Shown: positions 41,217-50,559 of the stretch, in pieces
How positions within the stretch are numbered: position 1 is the first letter of the stretch
Layout: each line of letters opens with the position of its first letter
The notes under the pieces: model-generated
What the model saw: only the letters and a program-made list of their open reading frames with translations
Databases searched by the model: none
Told to the model about the DNA's origin: nothing
Source: a virus
IMG/VR virus record: IMGVR_UViG_3300010413_000004
Span: 32,001 to 96,000 of that record
Length of the DNA stretch: 64,000 nt
Reading direction: 5' to 3' (one strand)
Position numbers and translations under genes: made by a program

Positions 41217-41291
41217 TGGAGACTCCTATTATTATGGTTATTATTGGATGAGATTATCCAAGATTCGGTTGTTGGAACACAACCAAAAATT

Positions 41292-41909
41292 TTAATTATT
41301 GTAGAATGCGTGGTCGCCGATTGTCACAACGCGTATCATGGTTTTACTCCAATCAGGAGATACATATAACGCATGATAGTACATAGCACCATTTGTGAAG
41401 TCGTAGAAATTGTTTAAGCTGCCTTCGCTTAGAAATGTATCCGACAACTCATATGCCTCGGTCCACGCAGTTCCATCTTTTGGAATATCAGCCTTCCCAT
41501 CTAGCGTCCACGAGAATTGAGCAACTTCTTTACCAGATGTGTTCTTTTTGTGTTGCCATACTACATCGCAAATATTATTCGGATATTTGGATGACTTAAC
41601 GCGATTGATAGTAACTAACGCAACAGCGATTTGTCCTTTAATCGGTTGATTCCTGGCTTCAAAGTAAAGGTTCTTCGCTAGGCACAGTTTCTCTTGTTTC
41701 AGAGAAGTGTATTTCCATGTAGCTTGATCATCTTCGTATACGCCAGGATATGGATATGTATATAACTGAGCTACTGGAACGATCCGAACATCAGCAGGCG
41801 TAATGTCTTCCGTTATTGTATAGTTATGCACTGGCCGTACTAATAGAGAATAGTACACCAGAGTTATCATAAACAATATTAGGTTGCGAGTTTGCGTATA
41901 GTTCTTCAT
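41292..41909 (-). CDS. Cell-wall hydrolase (SleB/Hydrolase_2) with N-terminal membrane anchor
   Basis: CLAKNLYFEARNQ, AVALVTINRV, YPNNICDVVWQ, QFSW, TNGAMYYHA, IGDHAFY. Confidence 0.92.
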   Translation of the reverse strand: MKNYTQTRNLILFMITLVYYSLLVRPVHNYTITEDITPADVRIVPVAQLYTYPYPGVYEDDQATWKYTSLKQEKLCLAKNLYFEARNQPIKGQIAVALVTINRVKSSKYPNNICDVVWQHKKNTSGKEVAQFSWTLDGKADIPKDGTAWTEAYELSDTFLSEGSLNNFYDFTNGAMYYHALYVSPDWSKTMIRVVTIGDHAFYNN

Positions 41910-41935
41910 GGCTTTTTACATACAGTGAAGAACTC

Positions 41936-41964
41936 ATTTTACGCCAAGTTTAGTTAAATTCCAA
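41936..41964 (-). promoter_or_regulatory. Sigma70-type promoter
   Basis: TTGGAA-17 nt-TAAAAT on the - strand upstream of the hydrolase gene. Confidence 0.5.
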
Positions 41965-42588
41965 CTAAAACAGTCCAGAAAACCAACTACTGAAATCACC
42001 AGGGAAGTTTGCTGGATTGTATAAGTATGGAGATGCAGCTGCTATGTGAAACTTAGCGATCAATAGTTCTCCAGCTTCAATCTCTGAGAAAGCATTTATA
42101 AAGTGTGGTCCACTAGGGTAGACTACCATTGTTCCTCGTTGTGGATTGAATCCAAAATTGTGCTGAAGAAATTCAAGTTTCCCACCGTATACTTCAAATT
42201 CATCATCGAAAGGAATATTATCTTGGTAGTCACTCAAAAAGATAACAACAGAAAGATCACGATCTTTTGTTCGTACCCATTGTTTCTTGATCCAACTACT
42301 ACTCTCACATGAAGGAGTTGAAGTTGTACCTTCGCCACGATACTCAAAGACTACTCTTTCTGTGGCTCGATAATCAAAGTCATAGTATTCTTCTAGTTCA
42401 GGTGCAATGCTAACAAACTTGTCGTATATTAATTGCTCAGCCCAATCGTTGTGTTTCTTCATCTCAATTGGATTGCCTTCAGAATCAACATCTGGATCAA
42501 GAAAATCTAAACGGTTCGCGATAGCTTCGCACTGCTTTGGTGTTAAAAAGCCATCAACGACAAAAAACGGTGACTTTGACGTTGCCAT
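41965..42588 (-). CDS. 2OG-Fe(II) oxygenase/prolyl-hydroxylase-like fold, metal ligands apparently degenerate
   Basis: FLTPKQC, RDLSVVIFLSD, YGGKLEF and PQRGTMVVYPS motifs; PSCE at the HxD position. Confidence 0.7.
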   Translation of the reverse strand: MATSKSPFFVVDGFLTPKQCEAIANRLDFLDPDVDSEGNPIEMKKHNDWAEQLIYDKFVSIAPELEEYYDFDYRATERVVFEYRGEGTTSTPSCESSSWIKKQWVRTKDRDLSVVIFLSDYQDNIPFDDEFEVYGGKLEFLQHNFGFNPQRGTMVVYPSGPHFINAFSEIEAGELLIAKFHIAAASPYLYNPANFPGDFSSWFSGLF

Positions 42589-42589
42589 A

Positions 42590-43447
42590 TTATCTCTTAT
42601 ATTTGGTTTGAATTGTGTTTATAATATCATCAATTAAGTACTCATCTTCAGCGACTGAAGTACTTTTTGTTGTTTCATGAATAAGATCCCAGTTAATATC
42701 AACATCCAGACCTTCGTCCATTGAAGGGTCGATTTTGAAGTTACCTGAAGATAGAGCATTGCGACCAACCAAAATAGGAAATTCCATCTTTCCTCGATCA
42801 TTTAGGTTGAAAAGCACGTTGTTCAATAACTTACCATTTATCTTCACGTTAAGTTCAATTACAGGTCGATACTCTGTTCTACCATCTGATGTTCTAACTG
42901 ATTGGGTGTCAACTAAACTTGCAGTGATAACATTGTTAGATAGTTCTGGACACGAAAACTGAACCGAATCATTCATAACTTTCCAGCCATCAGCGTGCAA
43001 TGAACATATATCAGCACCAGTGTCTACTTTTCCTTTCATTGGAGAGCTTCCAGGGATATTAGTAATCTTAATTTCAACTGTACTACCAATGAAGTTATCA
43101 TTACCGTTGCCAACTTGATCTTCTTTGATTGGAATGTTCCCTCTAGCAACATTCATCGATCGAACATCATAAGGAACCATGCGATTCTTTGGTGTGAACC
43201 CCCATAAGAATAATATCCAGTGGTTTAGACCGACTTCGTTGATATTATCTCCCAGTTGTTTCAACAAGGCAGGAGACGTAGAATACACTACAACCGCTTT
43301 ATAATTGCGCTTGATCATGTCCTCAATGGAGTACTGAGATGATGATCTAATTTTGTATGGGATACCGGAAACAGTAAAACTTTCAGGAAAGTCAAAATTG
43401 CCTCCAATAAAATCATGTTTGATATCGTCGAGTGTTTCGTATTCCAT
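42590..43447 (-). CDS. Retropepsin-like protease (RimB / 'ATP-dependent Zn protease' family) with N-terminal extension
   Basis: GKVDTGADICSLHA, YRPVI, FNLNDRGKMEFPILVGRNAL. Confidence 0.85.
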   Translation of the reverse strand: MEYETLDDIKHDFIGGNFDFPESFTVSGIPYKIRSSSQYSIEDMIKRNYKAVVVYSTSPALLKQLGDNINEVGLNHWILFLWGFTPKNRMVPYDVRSMNVARGNIPIKEDQVGNGNDNFIGSTVEIKITNIPGSSPMKGKVDTGADICSLHADGWKVMNDSVQFSCPELSNNVITASLVDTQSVRTSDGRTEYRPVIELNVKINGKLLNNVLFNLNDRGKMEFPILVGRNALSSGNFKIDPSMDEGLDVDINWDLIHETTKSTSVAEDEYLIDDIINTIQTKYKR

Positions 43448-44109
43448 TAAATGCTCCGATTAAATTCGTCAATCCGCTGAAGTAGAGGTTTGATATACTT
43501 ATCGATTTTTTCCTTAAAAACGAGAGGAACCATACCATTCTCCACATACATAAGAATCACAATATCTTCGATTGACTCACCAGTAAGCTCGTGCCACATA
43601 ATAGCGTATGCTGTACACTGTAAGAAATAATCTTCAATATTTTCGCGTTTTTTGTTGTTGTTTGAAGTCTTAAAGTCAACAATGGACAATACTCCTTCAT
43701 ATTCCCCAATAAGGTCAACGCGACCCGCAACTCCAAGCGTGTCACTCCACAAAGCAACTTCTTGTCTACGTATGTTGGATATGTGGTTTAGGCGAAATTT
43801 GAGTTGATTGAAGCCACGAACATACTCCGATTTATATCCTCTCGTGAAGTCTTGTTCATTGTTGAGGTAGCGCTCAATCAACTCATGAATTGCGGTGCCT
43901 CTGTCAGCACACCGTTTTTGTTCCTGTTTGGCTTTTTTATCTCCTAGCATGTTCCGCCAATTTTCTAGCCACGGTTTATCTTTGTGGCCTAGAACTGTTG
44001 TGATTGACGGATACTCTTCCCCTTCGGGCGTCGTATAATAACGCTTTCCAGCGGGCGTTTGCCTAGAGCTAATTTCTGCGATTTTCGGGGTATCTACGTG
44101 ATTGAACAT
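43447..44109 (-). CDS. PD-(D/E)XK exonuclease (Cas4/RecB-like)
   Basis: YPSITTVL, RGTAIH, AGRVDLIG, IVDFKTS, YFLQCTAYA; start set at ATG 44109. Confidence 0.9.
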   Translation of the reverse strand: MFNHVDTPKIAEISSRQTPAGKRYYTTPEGEEYPSITTVLGHKDKPWLENWRNMLGDKKAKQEQKRCADRGTAIHELIERYLNNEQDFTRGYKSEYVRGFNQLKFRLNHISNIRRQEVALWSDTLGVAGRVDLIGEYEGVLSIVDFKTSNNNKKRENIEDYFLQCTAYAIMWHELTGESIEDIVILMYVENGMVPLVFKEKIDKYIKPLLQRIDEFNRSI

Positions 44110-44156
44110 GTAGTATTTATCCTTCTTAGACAAGGAGGATAAGATAAACGACTAGG

Positions 44157-44483
44157 TTATTTGCCAGCTAGTCGCTTATTCATACGGGCAACCATTCTTG
44201 AGGCCGATGTCTTTTTTGTGATCTTCGATTGGCGAGCAATTGATCCTTTTTTCGCACGCATCACTTTACGTCCAATTCGTACACGCTTTGGGTCTTTGCG
44301 TGCAGCACAATCACCAGGGTTGGCTACCAACTTACCTTCTTTAGAACCTGCTAAGCAACGGTATTTTTGTTTGAGCGTGTCGCCTACTCGTTTCCATTGA
44401 CGAATTGACGCTTCGCTTAGAGGGATTCCATCATCGCCAACGTATACAATTTCACATTCACAGAAAATTTCATCTAACGTCAC
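44157..44483 (-). CDS. Basic hypothetical protein, possible head core component
   Basis: Acidic N-terminus ending LSE followed by a very basic Cys-containing domain; late operon. Confidence 0.65.
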   Translation of the reverse strand: MTLDEIFCECEIVYVGDDGIPLSEASIRQWKRVGDTLKQKYRCLAGSKEGKLVANPGDCAARKDPKRVRIGRKVMRAKKGSIARQSKITKKTSASRMVARMNKRLAGK

Positions 44484-45100
44484 TGCGCTCCTCCCCCACT
44501 TGTTTGGGCCATTTTTGCGCGACGATCTTCAAGTTGTTTGATCTGCATTCGTAATGCTGCGATTTTTGCAGTGATTGGATCACCTTCCTTTTGTGCGATC
44601 TCGCGTTCTTTTCGAGCATCAATCATCTCTTGACGTCCTGCACGCTGAGGATCGCGTTTTACAGCTGCAATCTCTTGCTTTGTCTTCGTCGGATCTTCAG
44701 GGTCAATCGCTATTGTTACTTCACGTTCGGTAATCAGAAAATCTTTGAATGTTAGCGATTCGTTGGTTTGGTGATTTGTTTGTTTGCGTTCCTTTTCTTG
44801 CTTTTGTTGCTCAGGCTCAAGATCCGGTTCTTTTTGCATGTCTCTTTCTGTTTCCGTTTCATGCTTTTCGGTTCCTTCGTGACGTGCAATTTCAATAGCG
44901 TTTCTCAAATACTTGATAGCCCTAGCGCCAACACGTGTGCGAATATTAACAGTCTTAACATCTGCAGCATCTTCAGTACCTTTGATGACACGAATAACAC
45001 GAGCAATCGTATTTGGTTCCAGTCCAAACACAACACGCAGAGTTTCTTTCATTAAACCAATGTTCGCTTCGCCAGCATTCTCATCTAGTTGATATTCCAT
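44480..45100 (-). CDS. Hypothetical charged protein, possible internal head protein
   Basis: LDE, TNE and internal LTFKDFLITE motifs; late operon. Confidence 0.65.
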   Translation of the reverse strand: MEYQLDENAGEANIGLMKETLRVVFGLEPNTIARVIRVIKGTEDAADVKTVNIRTRVGARAIKYLRNAIEIARHEGTEKHETETERDMQKEPDLEPEQQKQEKERKQTNHQTNESLTFKDFLITEREVTIAIDPEDPTKTKQEIAAVKRDPQRAGRQEMIDARKEREIAQKEGDPITAKIAALRMQIKQLEDRRAKMAQTSGGGAQ

Positions 45101-46122
45101 TAATTTGCTCTCAGTCTATTAAAGATGAGCTCTGCAAGCTCGTCAGTGGTGATAGTATCATCATCCTCTTCTTCGTCATCCTTTTCTTCTTTTGCGTCAG
45201 CTGATTCCATGGACAGAGAAGCATTTGCATCCTTTGCCAAATCATGTTTGTATTTTGCAAGTTTTGCTAATTGTTTTGCCTCTTTTTCCTGGTCGGCTTT
45301 ATCTTTGTAGTATGCTTCCATGTCAAGAACTTCCTCTTCTTGACTAACTTTCGAAGCAGCAGCTTGAGCAGCATATTCAGCCTCTTTGGCGTTGGCTTCA
45401 GCTTCTTTTGCTCTTGCCTCAGCTGTTTTTGATTCTGCGTCTGCTTTCAGTAAGTCAATTACTTGCTGTAGAGCAGATTTAGCCGCTTCTTCATCAGAAG
45501 CACCTTGATCTTCACCTTCTCCATCAAGTCCTAACTCATCCTCACCACCAAGGTCAGCTTCAGCACCAAGATCACCCTCATCGTCCATACCAGTCTCATC
45601 ACCGACGACTTCTTGTTCCTCTTCTTCATCACCCTCGATTGTTGGCCATTCCACATTCACAATTTCGAATTTATCTTTGAGCTTGAAGATTACTTCAGCA
45701 ATTTCAGCAGCACTATTCTCATCGTCGTCGTTTTCGTCATTACCTGCTAGCATATCAGAAAGAGCGTGTTCAAAATCATCTGCTTGTTCAGATTTTACAT
45801 ATACCTTGACCAAGTTTCCATCTTCATCCTCTAGACCAAAGGCAGTAGTATCTTTGTCAATCTTCGACTTCTTCTCAGCATCATCGAGTTTTGAAATTAC
45901 ATCAGCGGGACTGTAGTCATTCTTTCCAAGATCCACGCCCAACCCCTCGCCAATTATGTGATAATTTGCAATGCGTCGCATTAATTTGAGTTGGCGTTTT
46001 CTTGCTTGCTTGAGGTCGATTATGCCTCCACCAAAAAGAGACCCTCGAGTATTAGCAATTGCTCCAGCGCCGGTCGCTCCAGATGCAGCTGCTTCTTTCA
46101 TGAGATATTCGATTAACGACAT
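45100..46122 (-). CDS. Acidic/Ala-rich protein, possible internal head or core protein
   Basis: MSLIEYLMKE N-terminus; poly-D/E tracts; GAGG RBS; CATAAATA at 46152-46159 (-). Confidence 0.7.
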   Translation of the reverse strand: MSLIEYLMKEAAASGATGAGAIANTRGSLFGGGIIDLKQARKRQLKLMRRIANYHIIGEGLGVDLGKNDYSPADVISKLDDAEKKSKIDKDTTAFGLEDEDGNLVKVYVKSEQADDFEHALSDMLAGNDENDDDENSAAEIAEVIFKLKDKFEIVNVEWPTIEGDEEEEQEVVGDETGMDDEGDLGAEADLGGEDELGLDGEGEDQGASDEEAAKSALQQVIDLLKADAESKTAEARAKEAEANAKEAEYAAQAAASKVSQEEEVLDMEAYYKDKADQEKEAKQLAKLAKYKHDLAKDANASLSMESADAKEEKDDEEEDDDTITTDELAELIFNRLRAN

Positions 46123-46154
46123 GTATTGTATTCCTCATTAATATTTTGAGGTAT

Positions 46155-47600
46155 TTATGGCTGGTGGATTGCTTTTAACTGTTTTTCGTAGAGAATACCC
46201 AAAATATCTTGAATCGTATCAGCTTCTTTGCTAATTCGAGTGACCAACTGCATCAAGAACGCGTGATAATTGGCAAACGATTCGTTGGTTCTTATGTATA
46301 TCTCTTCGGTGTGTCTAATAGTAACACCATTTTCTAGAGTGTGATTGAGCATTTGCCACAAATCATTGTAGTTAAGTCGAAGATATCGCAAGTGAACTAT
46401 AGCATCAGCTAATGCTGAAAACACTTGTTGTTTAGCATCATCAAAACTGATATCAATGTTCGCAACGATATTGTTCAGCGTGTCCTGCTCTGAATCACCT
46501 TTATGTTTCATGATTGCTTGCCTGATTGTCATTATATGACCCAATTTTTCATTGCGAAAGTGCTGGGCTATATTGGATAACATTTTGTTGTGAATATCAC
46601 CTTCGAATCGATTTTTGATTCCAAACGTTTCTCGGTTGCGCACTGTGTTTTTGATTAAATTCCGCACAGAGTGGTTAAACTGATTGATAATGGTGAAGGT
46701 TTGCTTATCCACAATTTTAACCATGTCGCCGCTAACGTTATGTCGTAACACAACGCCCTCTATTCCAATATCCTCATGTGGTTCTATGTCAACAGTTTGG
46801 AAAGTTGGTTTCTGTGTCTGCAATACGTGAGTTACTAGTAGGTTCTTGATTGGTAGCATGAAACGTTCTTTTGCAACGGTACGTGCTTCTTCTCTAGCAA
46901 TTTGATGCTGTTTACGGTTTGCAACAGGAATGCAATTCAACTTAACGTTGATAACATCTTCGTTTGTAACACTCTCAACTTTTGATGGTTGTGAGAGCCA
47001 TTCCTCAAACTCATCTAATAATGTGTATAGAGGTACTTGCTCAATCACACCACTTTGCAATGTTGGGACTTCATTAAATCTCCATGTTGTTGTCTCTGAA
47101 ATAGTATGGAATTTCAGTGAGGCATCAGGGTCGAGTCTAATCATATCTGTGACGACATACAACCTTACGTTTCTGAGCATTGTTGCTAACAATTCGATTT
47201 TTGAGGTAGCTGGAATCGTTTTAGCGTCTCCAAGAAGATGTCGCAACATTACCATTCGATTATCGCCATATACAATAGCATTTGGTTGTCGACCAAATAA
47301 AACCTCTATCTCGATGGCTTCACCTTTATCAAGGACACGTTTAATAATGTCTTGAGCACGCACAATTGCAGCATGTGCACTTTTAAACCCATTCATGCTA
47401 GCAGTGTCTGGGAAATCAGAAACGTCATAGAATCGTTCGCCAAGTTTACCCTCACGACTAGTGTATACTTCACCATTAAGATCCACACCGAAGGCAAATT
47501 GTGCACCATCTAACTTTTCTGAAATTGTGTATTCATTGATATTACGCAGCGTCTGTACAAATGCTGTAGGTGTAAGGTCTTCTATATGTTTTATACTCAT
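46155..47600 (-). CDS. ATP-dependent ligase-like nucleotidyltransferase (Rnl2/DUF6267-like)
   Basis: Motif I SEKLDG, motif IV EGVVLR, motif V VKIVDK; helical C-terminal domain. Confidence 0.7.
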   Translation of the reverse strand: MSIKHIEDLTPTAFVQTLRNINEYTISEKLDGAQFAFGVDLNGEVYTSREGKLGERFYDVSDFPDTASMNGFKSAHAAIVRAQDIIKRVLDKGEAIEIEVLFGRQPNAIVYGDNRMVMLRHLLGDAKTIPATSKIELLATMLRNVRLYVVTDMIRLDPDASLKFHTISETTTWRFNEVPTLQSGVIEQVPLYTLLDEFEEWLSQPSKVESVTNEDVINVKLNCIPVANRKQHQIAREEARTVAKERFMLPIKNLLVTHVLQTQKPTFQTVDIEPHEDIGIEGVVLRHNVSGDMVKIVDKQTFTIINQFNHSVRNLIKNTVRNRETFGIKNRFEGDIHNKMLSNIAQHFRNEKLGHIMTIRQAIMKHKGDSEQDTLNNIVANIDISFDDAKQQVFSALADAIVHLRYLRLNYNDLWQMLNHTLENGVTIRHTEEIYIRTNESFANYHAFLMQLVTRISKEADTIQDILGILYEKQLKAIHQP

Positions 47601-47612
47601 ATTATCACCAAT

Positions 47613-47637
47613 AAAAAAGCCCCAGTGGGGCTTTTTT
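47613..47637. terminator. Bidirectional terminator
   Basis: A6-GCCCC-AGT-GGGGC-T6. Confidence 0.85.
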
Positions 47638-47939
47638 CATTTTTCAACTAGATTGTCTAGTTTGAATGTTCGCCACTTTAAAAGTGACTTATCTGTTGCT
47701 GGAGACGTTTGTTCGAGCCAGTCACCAAAACTATAAATGCGAGATTGCATCAGTTCATAGTATTCTGCATATTGAGCAAGCAATGCTTCCAACTCTTTCT
47801 GGTCTGATTCAGAAAGAGTTGTGACGTCCAACGCTTTTACATTCTTGGATGGAACAAAGGTAGGAATAATAACTCGCTCCGATACTTCTCCACTGGCTTT
47901 GGTATATTCGACCTTGGTGGCCTTACTCTGCATCAGCAT
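47637..47939 (-). CDS. Stand-alone WYL-like (Sm/SH3-fold) protein
   Basis: VEYTKASGEVSERVIIP...WRTFKLDNL. Confidence 0.6.
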   Translation of the reverse strand: MLMQSKATKVEYTKASGEVSERVIIPTFVPSKNVKALDVTTLSESDQKELEALLAQYAEYYELMQSRIYSFGDWLEQTSPATDKSLLKWRTFKLDNLVEK

Positions 47940-48204
47940 CGGCTTTCTCTGTCACAGTTTCATCAACAATATCCACTTCCTTCGCATTCTCTTGAGCAAG
48001 TTCCGCACGAATTTGGTTAATGATTTGGCGCGACAAATTTTCCTTTGCTGATTGCAGGATAAACAGATTATCTCTGGCGTCAGCTTCTTTCTGATTCCAT
48101 TCGTTGTACGTGGCAACCAAATGCTTGCAAGCATCTGAAAGATCGTCGACTGCATACTCGACGTTGTCAACATTCAAAATTTTAATATCGTTTACTTTTG
48201 GCAT
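47923..48204 (-). CDS. Small coiled-coil protein (DUF6447-like)
   Basis: LNVDNVEYAVDDLSDACK pattern; AGGAG RBS. Confidence 0.55.
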   Translation of the reverse strand: MPKVNDIKILNVDNVEYAVDDLSDACKHLVATYNEWNQKEADARDNLFILQSAKENLSRQIINQIRAELAQENAKEVDIVDETVTEKADADAE

Positions 48205-48230
48205 GTAATTCTCCTGTTAATTATAGTATT

Positions 48231-49553
48231 TTAATTTGTTCCTGATAATAAGTCAAGGAGTCCCGAGCCAGAAGGCTTATCCATTTCGATGGTTTCGGGT
48301 ATTGTGTTTCCTTTTCCTGAATTGAACATTTTTGGTTTGTTGTTATCTTCTCTATCTAGTATTCGTAGGTGTTTGCTATCCCATCTGAGATAAATGGTTG
48401 CACCAACACCATCACTATTTCTGGTTTTTTGTAGAATGAATACGATTTCTCCTGCTGCTCGCATTTGTTCAGTCATAATAATTGACCAGTATACGTCTGC
48501 TACGTTAATCTTACTAATACCACCAGCAATTTGACTATGATCGTGTTGTGTTGCTCCAACAGCACTTCTATTGAGCTGTGATGCTGTAGCGCCAAACATG
48601 TTGTAATCGACCAGGATGTCACGCAGTTGCTCCGAACAACGCTTATCTTTTTCGAATACATTATCTGCCGATACCCGCTCATTTGGAGACATGTTATCGA
48701 GGTAATCCACAATTAATAGATCAGGCATCATGTCATAGTGCAGATAGAATTCTTTGAGATATGCACGAATTTGATTTGCTGATGTGCCAGAAGGCATTTG
48801 AATGATATCCAAAATACCACTCTCATCTCGTTTCGATCTCAGAGTTGTCGACAGTTCACTGACGTGTTGCTTCCAGTCTCGCCGGCTTATACCTGTGAAC
48901 ATAGTATCGAATCGTTGTGCCACAACGTCTTCAGAAAGCTCAAGAGATATGTATAGTACATTCTTGCCCTTATTTACAAAGTTAAATGCAATGTTTGCAA
49001 GGGTAATTGATTTACCACCACCAGAGTTAGCAGATACCAATAGCAGTTCTTTCCGAGAGATGCCACCGAATAGTTTTTCATCCACTTCAGCCCACCCTAG
49101 ACTTTCAGTGTGGTTTTCTGTTAACATTCTTTCGAAACGACCGTCAATATCATCGAAATAACGCAGACCAAGATCTCGGTTAAGAGAAACCATGATCGCA
49201 TCAACTATTTTCTTCTGTACCGTTCCATAATCGCCTTTGTTTATTAACTCTGGTGAGGCTAGAATAGCTTTCTCTAATGCTCTACGTTTACAAAACGTTT
49301 CGATCTCATCAGCACAGTAAGATACTTGGTCGGGACTAATTGGTTGAATAGATAAGTCAACACCTGTCTCAGCCGCTACTTGTTTTGCGCTGGGAGTGGT
49401 ATGATATGACTCATAATAGTCTTTGACAAAATCGACAGTTTGGCGAAACTCTGGATCAAAGTAATCTGATTGAACTATACCTTGACACAATGCAAACGTA
49501 TCTGTGGATGACAAGAGATACTCGAGTAGTAGCTTTTGCTTCTCGCTAGTCAT
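48231..49553 (-). CDS. Replicative DnaB-like helicase (gp41-like)
   Basis: Walker A ANSGGGKS, YISLELSE, LIVDYLD, TASQLNR, KTRN. Confidence 0.95.
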   Translation of the reverse strand: MTSEKQKLLLEYLLSSTDTFALCQGIVQSDYFDPEFRQTVDFVKDYYESYHTTPSAKQVAAETGVDLSIQPISPDQVSYCADEIETFCKRRALEKAILASPELINKGDYGTVQKKIVDAIMVSLNRDLGLRYFDDIDGRFERMLTENHTESLGWAEVDEKLFGGISRKELLLVSANSGGGKSITLANIAFNFVNKGKNVLYISLELSEDVVAQRFDTMFTGISRRDWKQHVSELSTTLRSKRDESGILDIIQMPSGTSANQIRAYLKEFYLHYDMMPDLLIVDYLDNMSPNERVSADNVFEKDKRCSEQLRDILVDYNMFGATASQLNRSAVGATQHDHSQIAGGISKINVADVYWSIIMTEQMRAAGEIVFILQKTRNSDGVGATIYLRWDSKHLRILDREDNNKPKMFNSGKGNTIPETIEMDKPSGSGLLDLLSGTN

Positions 49554-49577
49554 GCATATTCCTTATTGTTATTATTT

Positions 49578-50558
49578 TTATGTTGTTCGTATTGGTGGGT
49601 ATACGGACTGGACTGCACTATCTACAACATAGAATTCACCACTATCATAGTATAACGCAAATGGATCTGTTACAACTGCAACGTCCACAAATCGTGTAGT
49701 TATTTTGTCTACAGTTTCATGAGGTGAGGACGATAGCAACAATATAACTTCACTTGGCTGAATATCTCGATATCCAGTACTACCGCCATCAGTCGGGTTG
49801 AGATGACTAAAGGTAAAGGTTGAACCAGTACTAATATCACCAGAAGTCATATCAGCTGTTACTCCATCAAAGCTTCTAACAGTATAGACTTTGCCCTTAA
49901 CCACAACTTTGTCGTAGTCAGACCAAGCTGAGTTAATAGATGGTTGGTTATCTACTGCGTACGACAAAATTTTTGTGTCGCCCTGAGTAGTGCTGTATGT
50001 GAGCTCAATTCCAACATAATTTGTCGCCGAACGCGTGGCTATTGTTATTTCGCCATTGTTCGATACTTGTAGTGGAGGGACAATAGTCGTTTCAGTGACC
50101 ACGATAGGTTGCAATAAATGTGGATCGGATTGTCTTGCGACTAATTGTGCAACTCCTGACCACGCGCGATCGAACACAACTGTTATAGTGTTCACGTCAT
50201 TAACGATGATATCTTGGGGGGTAATTTCTTCGAGGTGGTTAGGATCATCCAGAGTTGGACGCTTAACATAGACGAACACGGTTGGGAGTGTGCCTAAGTT
50301 GTGCGTGATAGTCCAGGATGTACGTTCAATAGTTTGTTCATGATCATACAGAACACGGCGTTGTTGCCAATTGTCTAGCCCAACTATATCAGGAGGAATT
50401 GATCCTCTAACGTAATCTGGTAGTACTTTGGTCTGGTATAACTTTCCTCTGCAGCCGTGCGTGATAGTGCAGCGTTGAATTCGCTCAATGCCTTTTTCAT
50501 TGCGTTGAATTTCAATTTCTCGCTTACACACATCACACTTATATACGACTATCGACAT
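49578..50558 (-). CDS. Hypothetical protein with N-terminal Zn-finger and WTITHNLG beta-domain
   Basis: CDVC...CTITHGC; WTITHNLG motif seen in phage structural proteins; start ATG 50558. Confidence 0.6.
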   Translation of the reverse strand: MSIVVYKCDVCKREIEIQRNEKGIERIQRCTITHGCRGKLYQTKVLPDYVRGSIPPDIVGLDNWQQRRVLYDHEQTIERTSWTITHNLGTLPTVFVYVKRPTLDDPNHLEEITPQDIIVNDVNTITVVFDRAWSGVAQLVARQSDPHLLQPIVVTETTIVPPLQVSNNGEITIATRSATNYVGIELTYSTTQGDTKILSYAVDNQPSINSAWSDYDKVVVKGKVYTVRSFDGVTADMTSGDISTGSTFTFSHLNPTDGGSTGYRDIQPSEVILLLSSSPHETVDKITTRFVDVAVVTDPFALYYDSGEFYVVDSAVQSVYPPIRTT

Positions 50559-50559
50559 G

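Noticed and set aside
41965-42588. Active prolyl hydroxylase as the writer of the GSP motif
   Set aside because: Canonical Fe-binding residues appear to be missing, so catalysis cannot be supported
43447-44109. Cas4 as part of a CRISPR system
   Set aside because: No cas genes or array and no four-Cys Fe-S motif; an ordinary phage PD-(D/E)XK exonuclease
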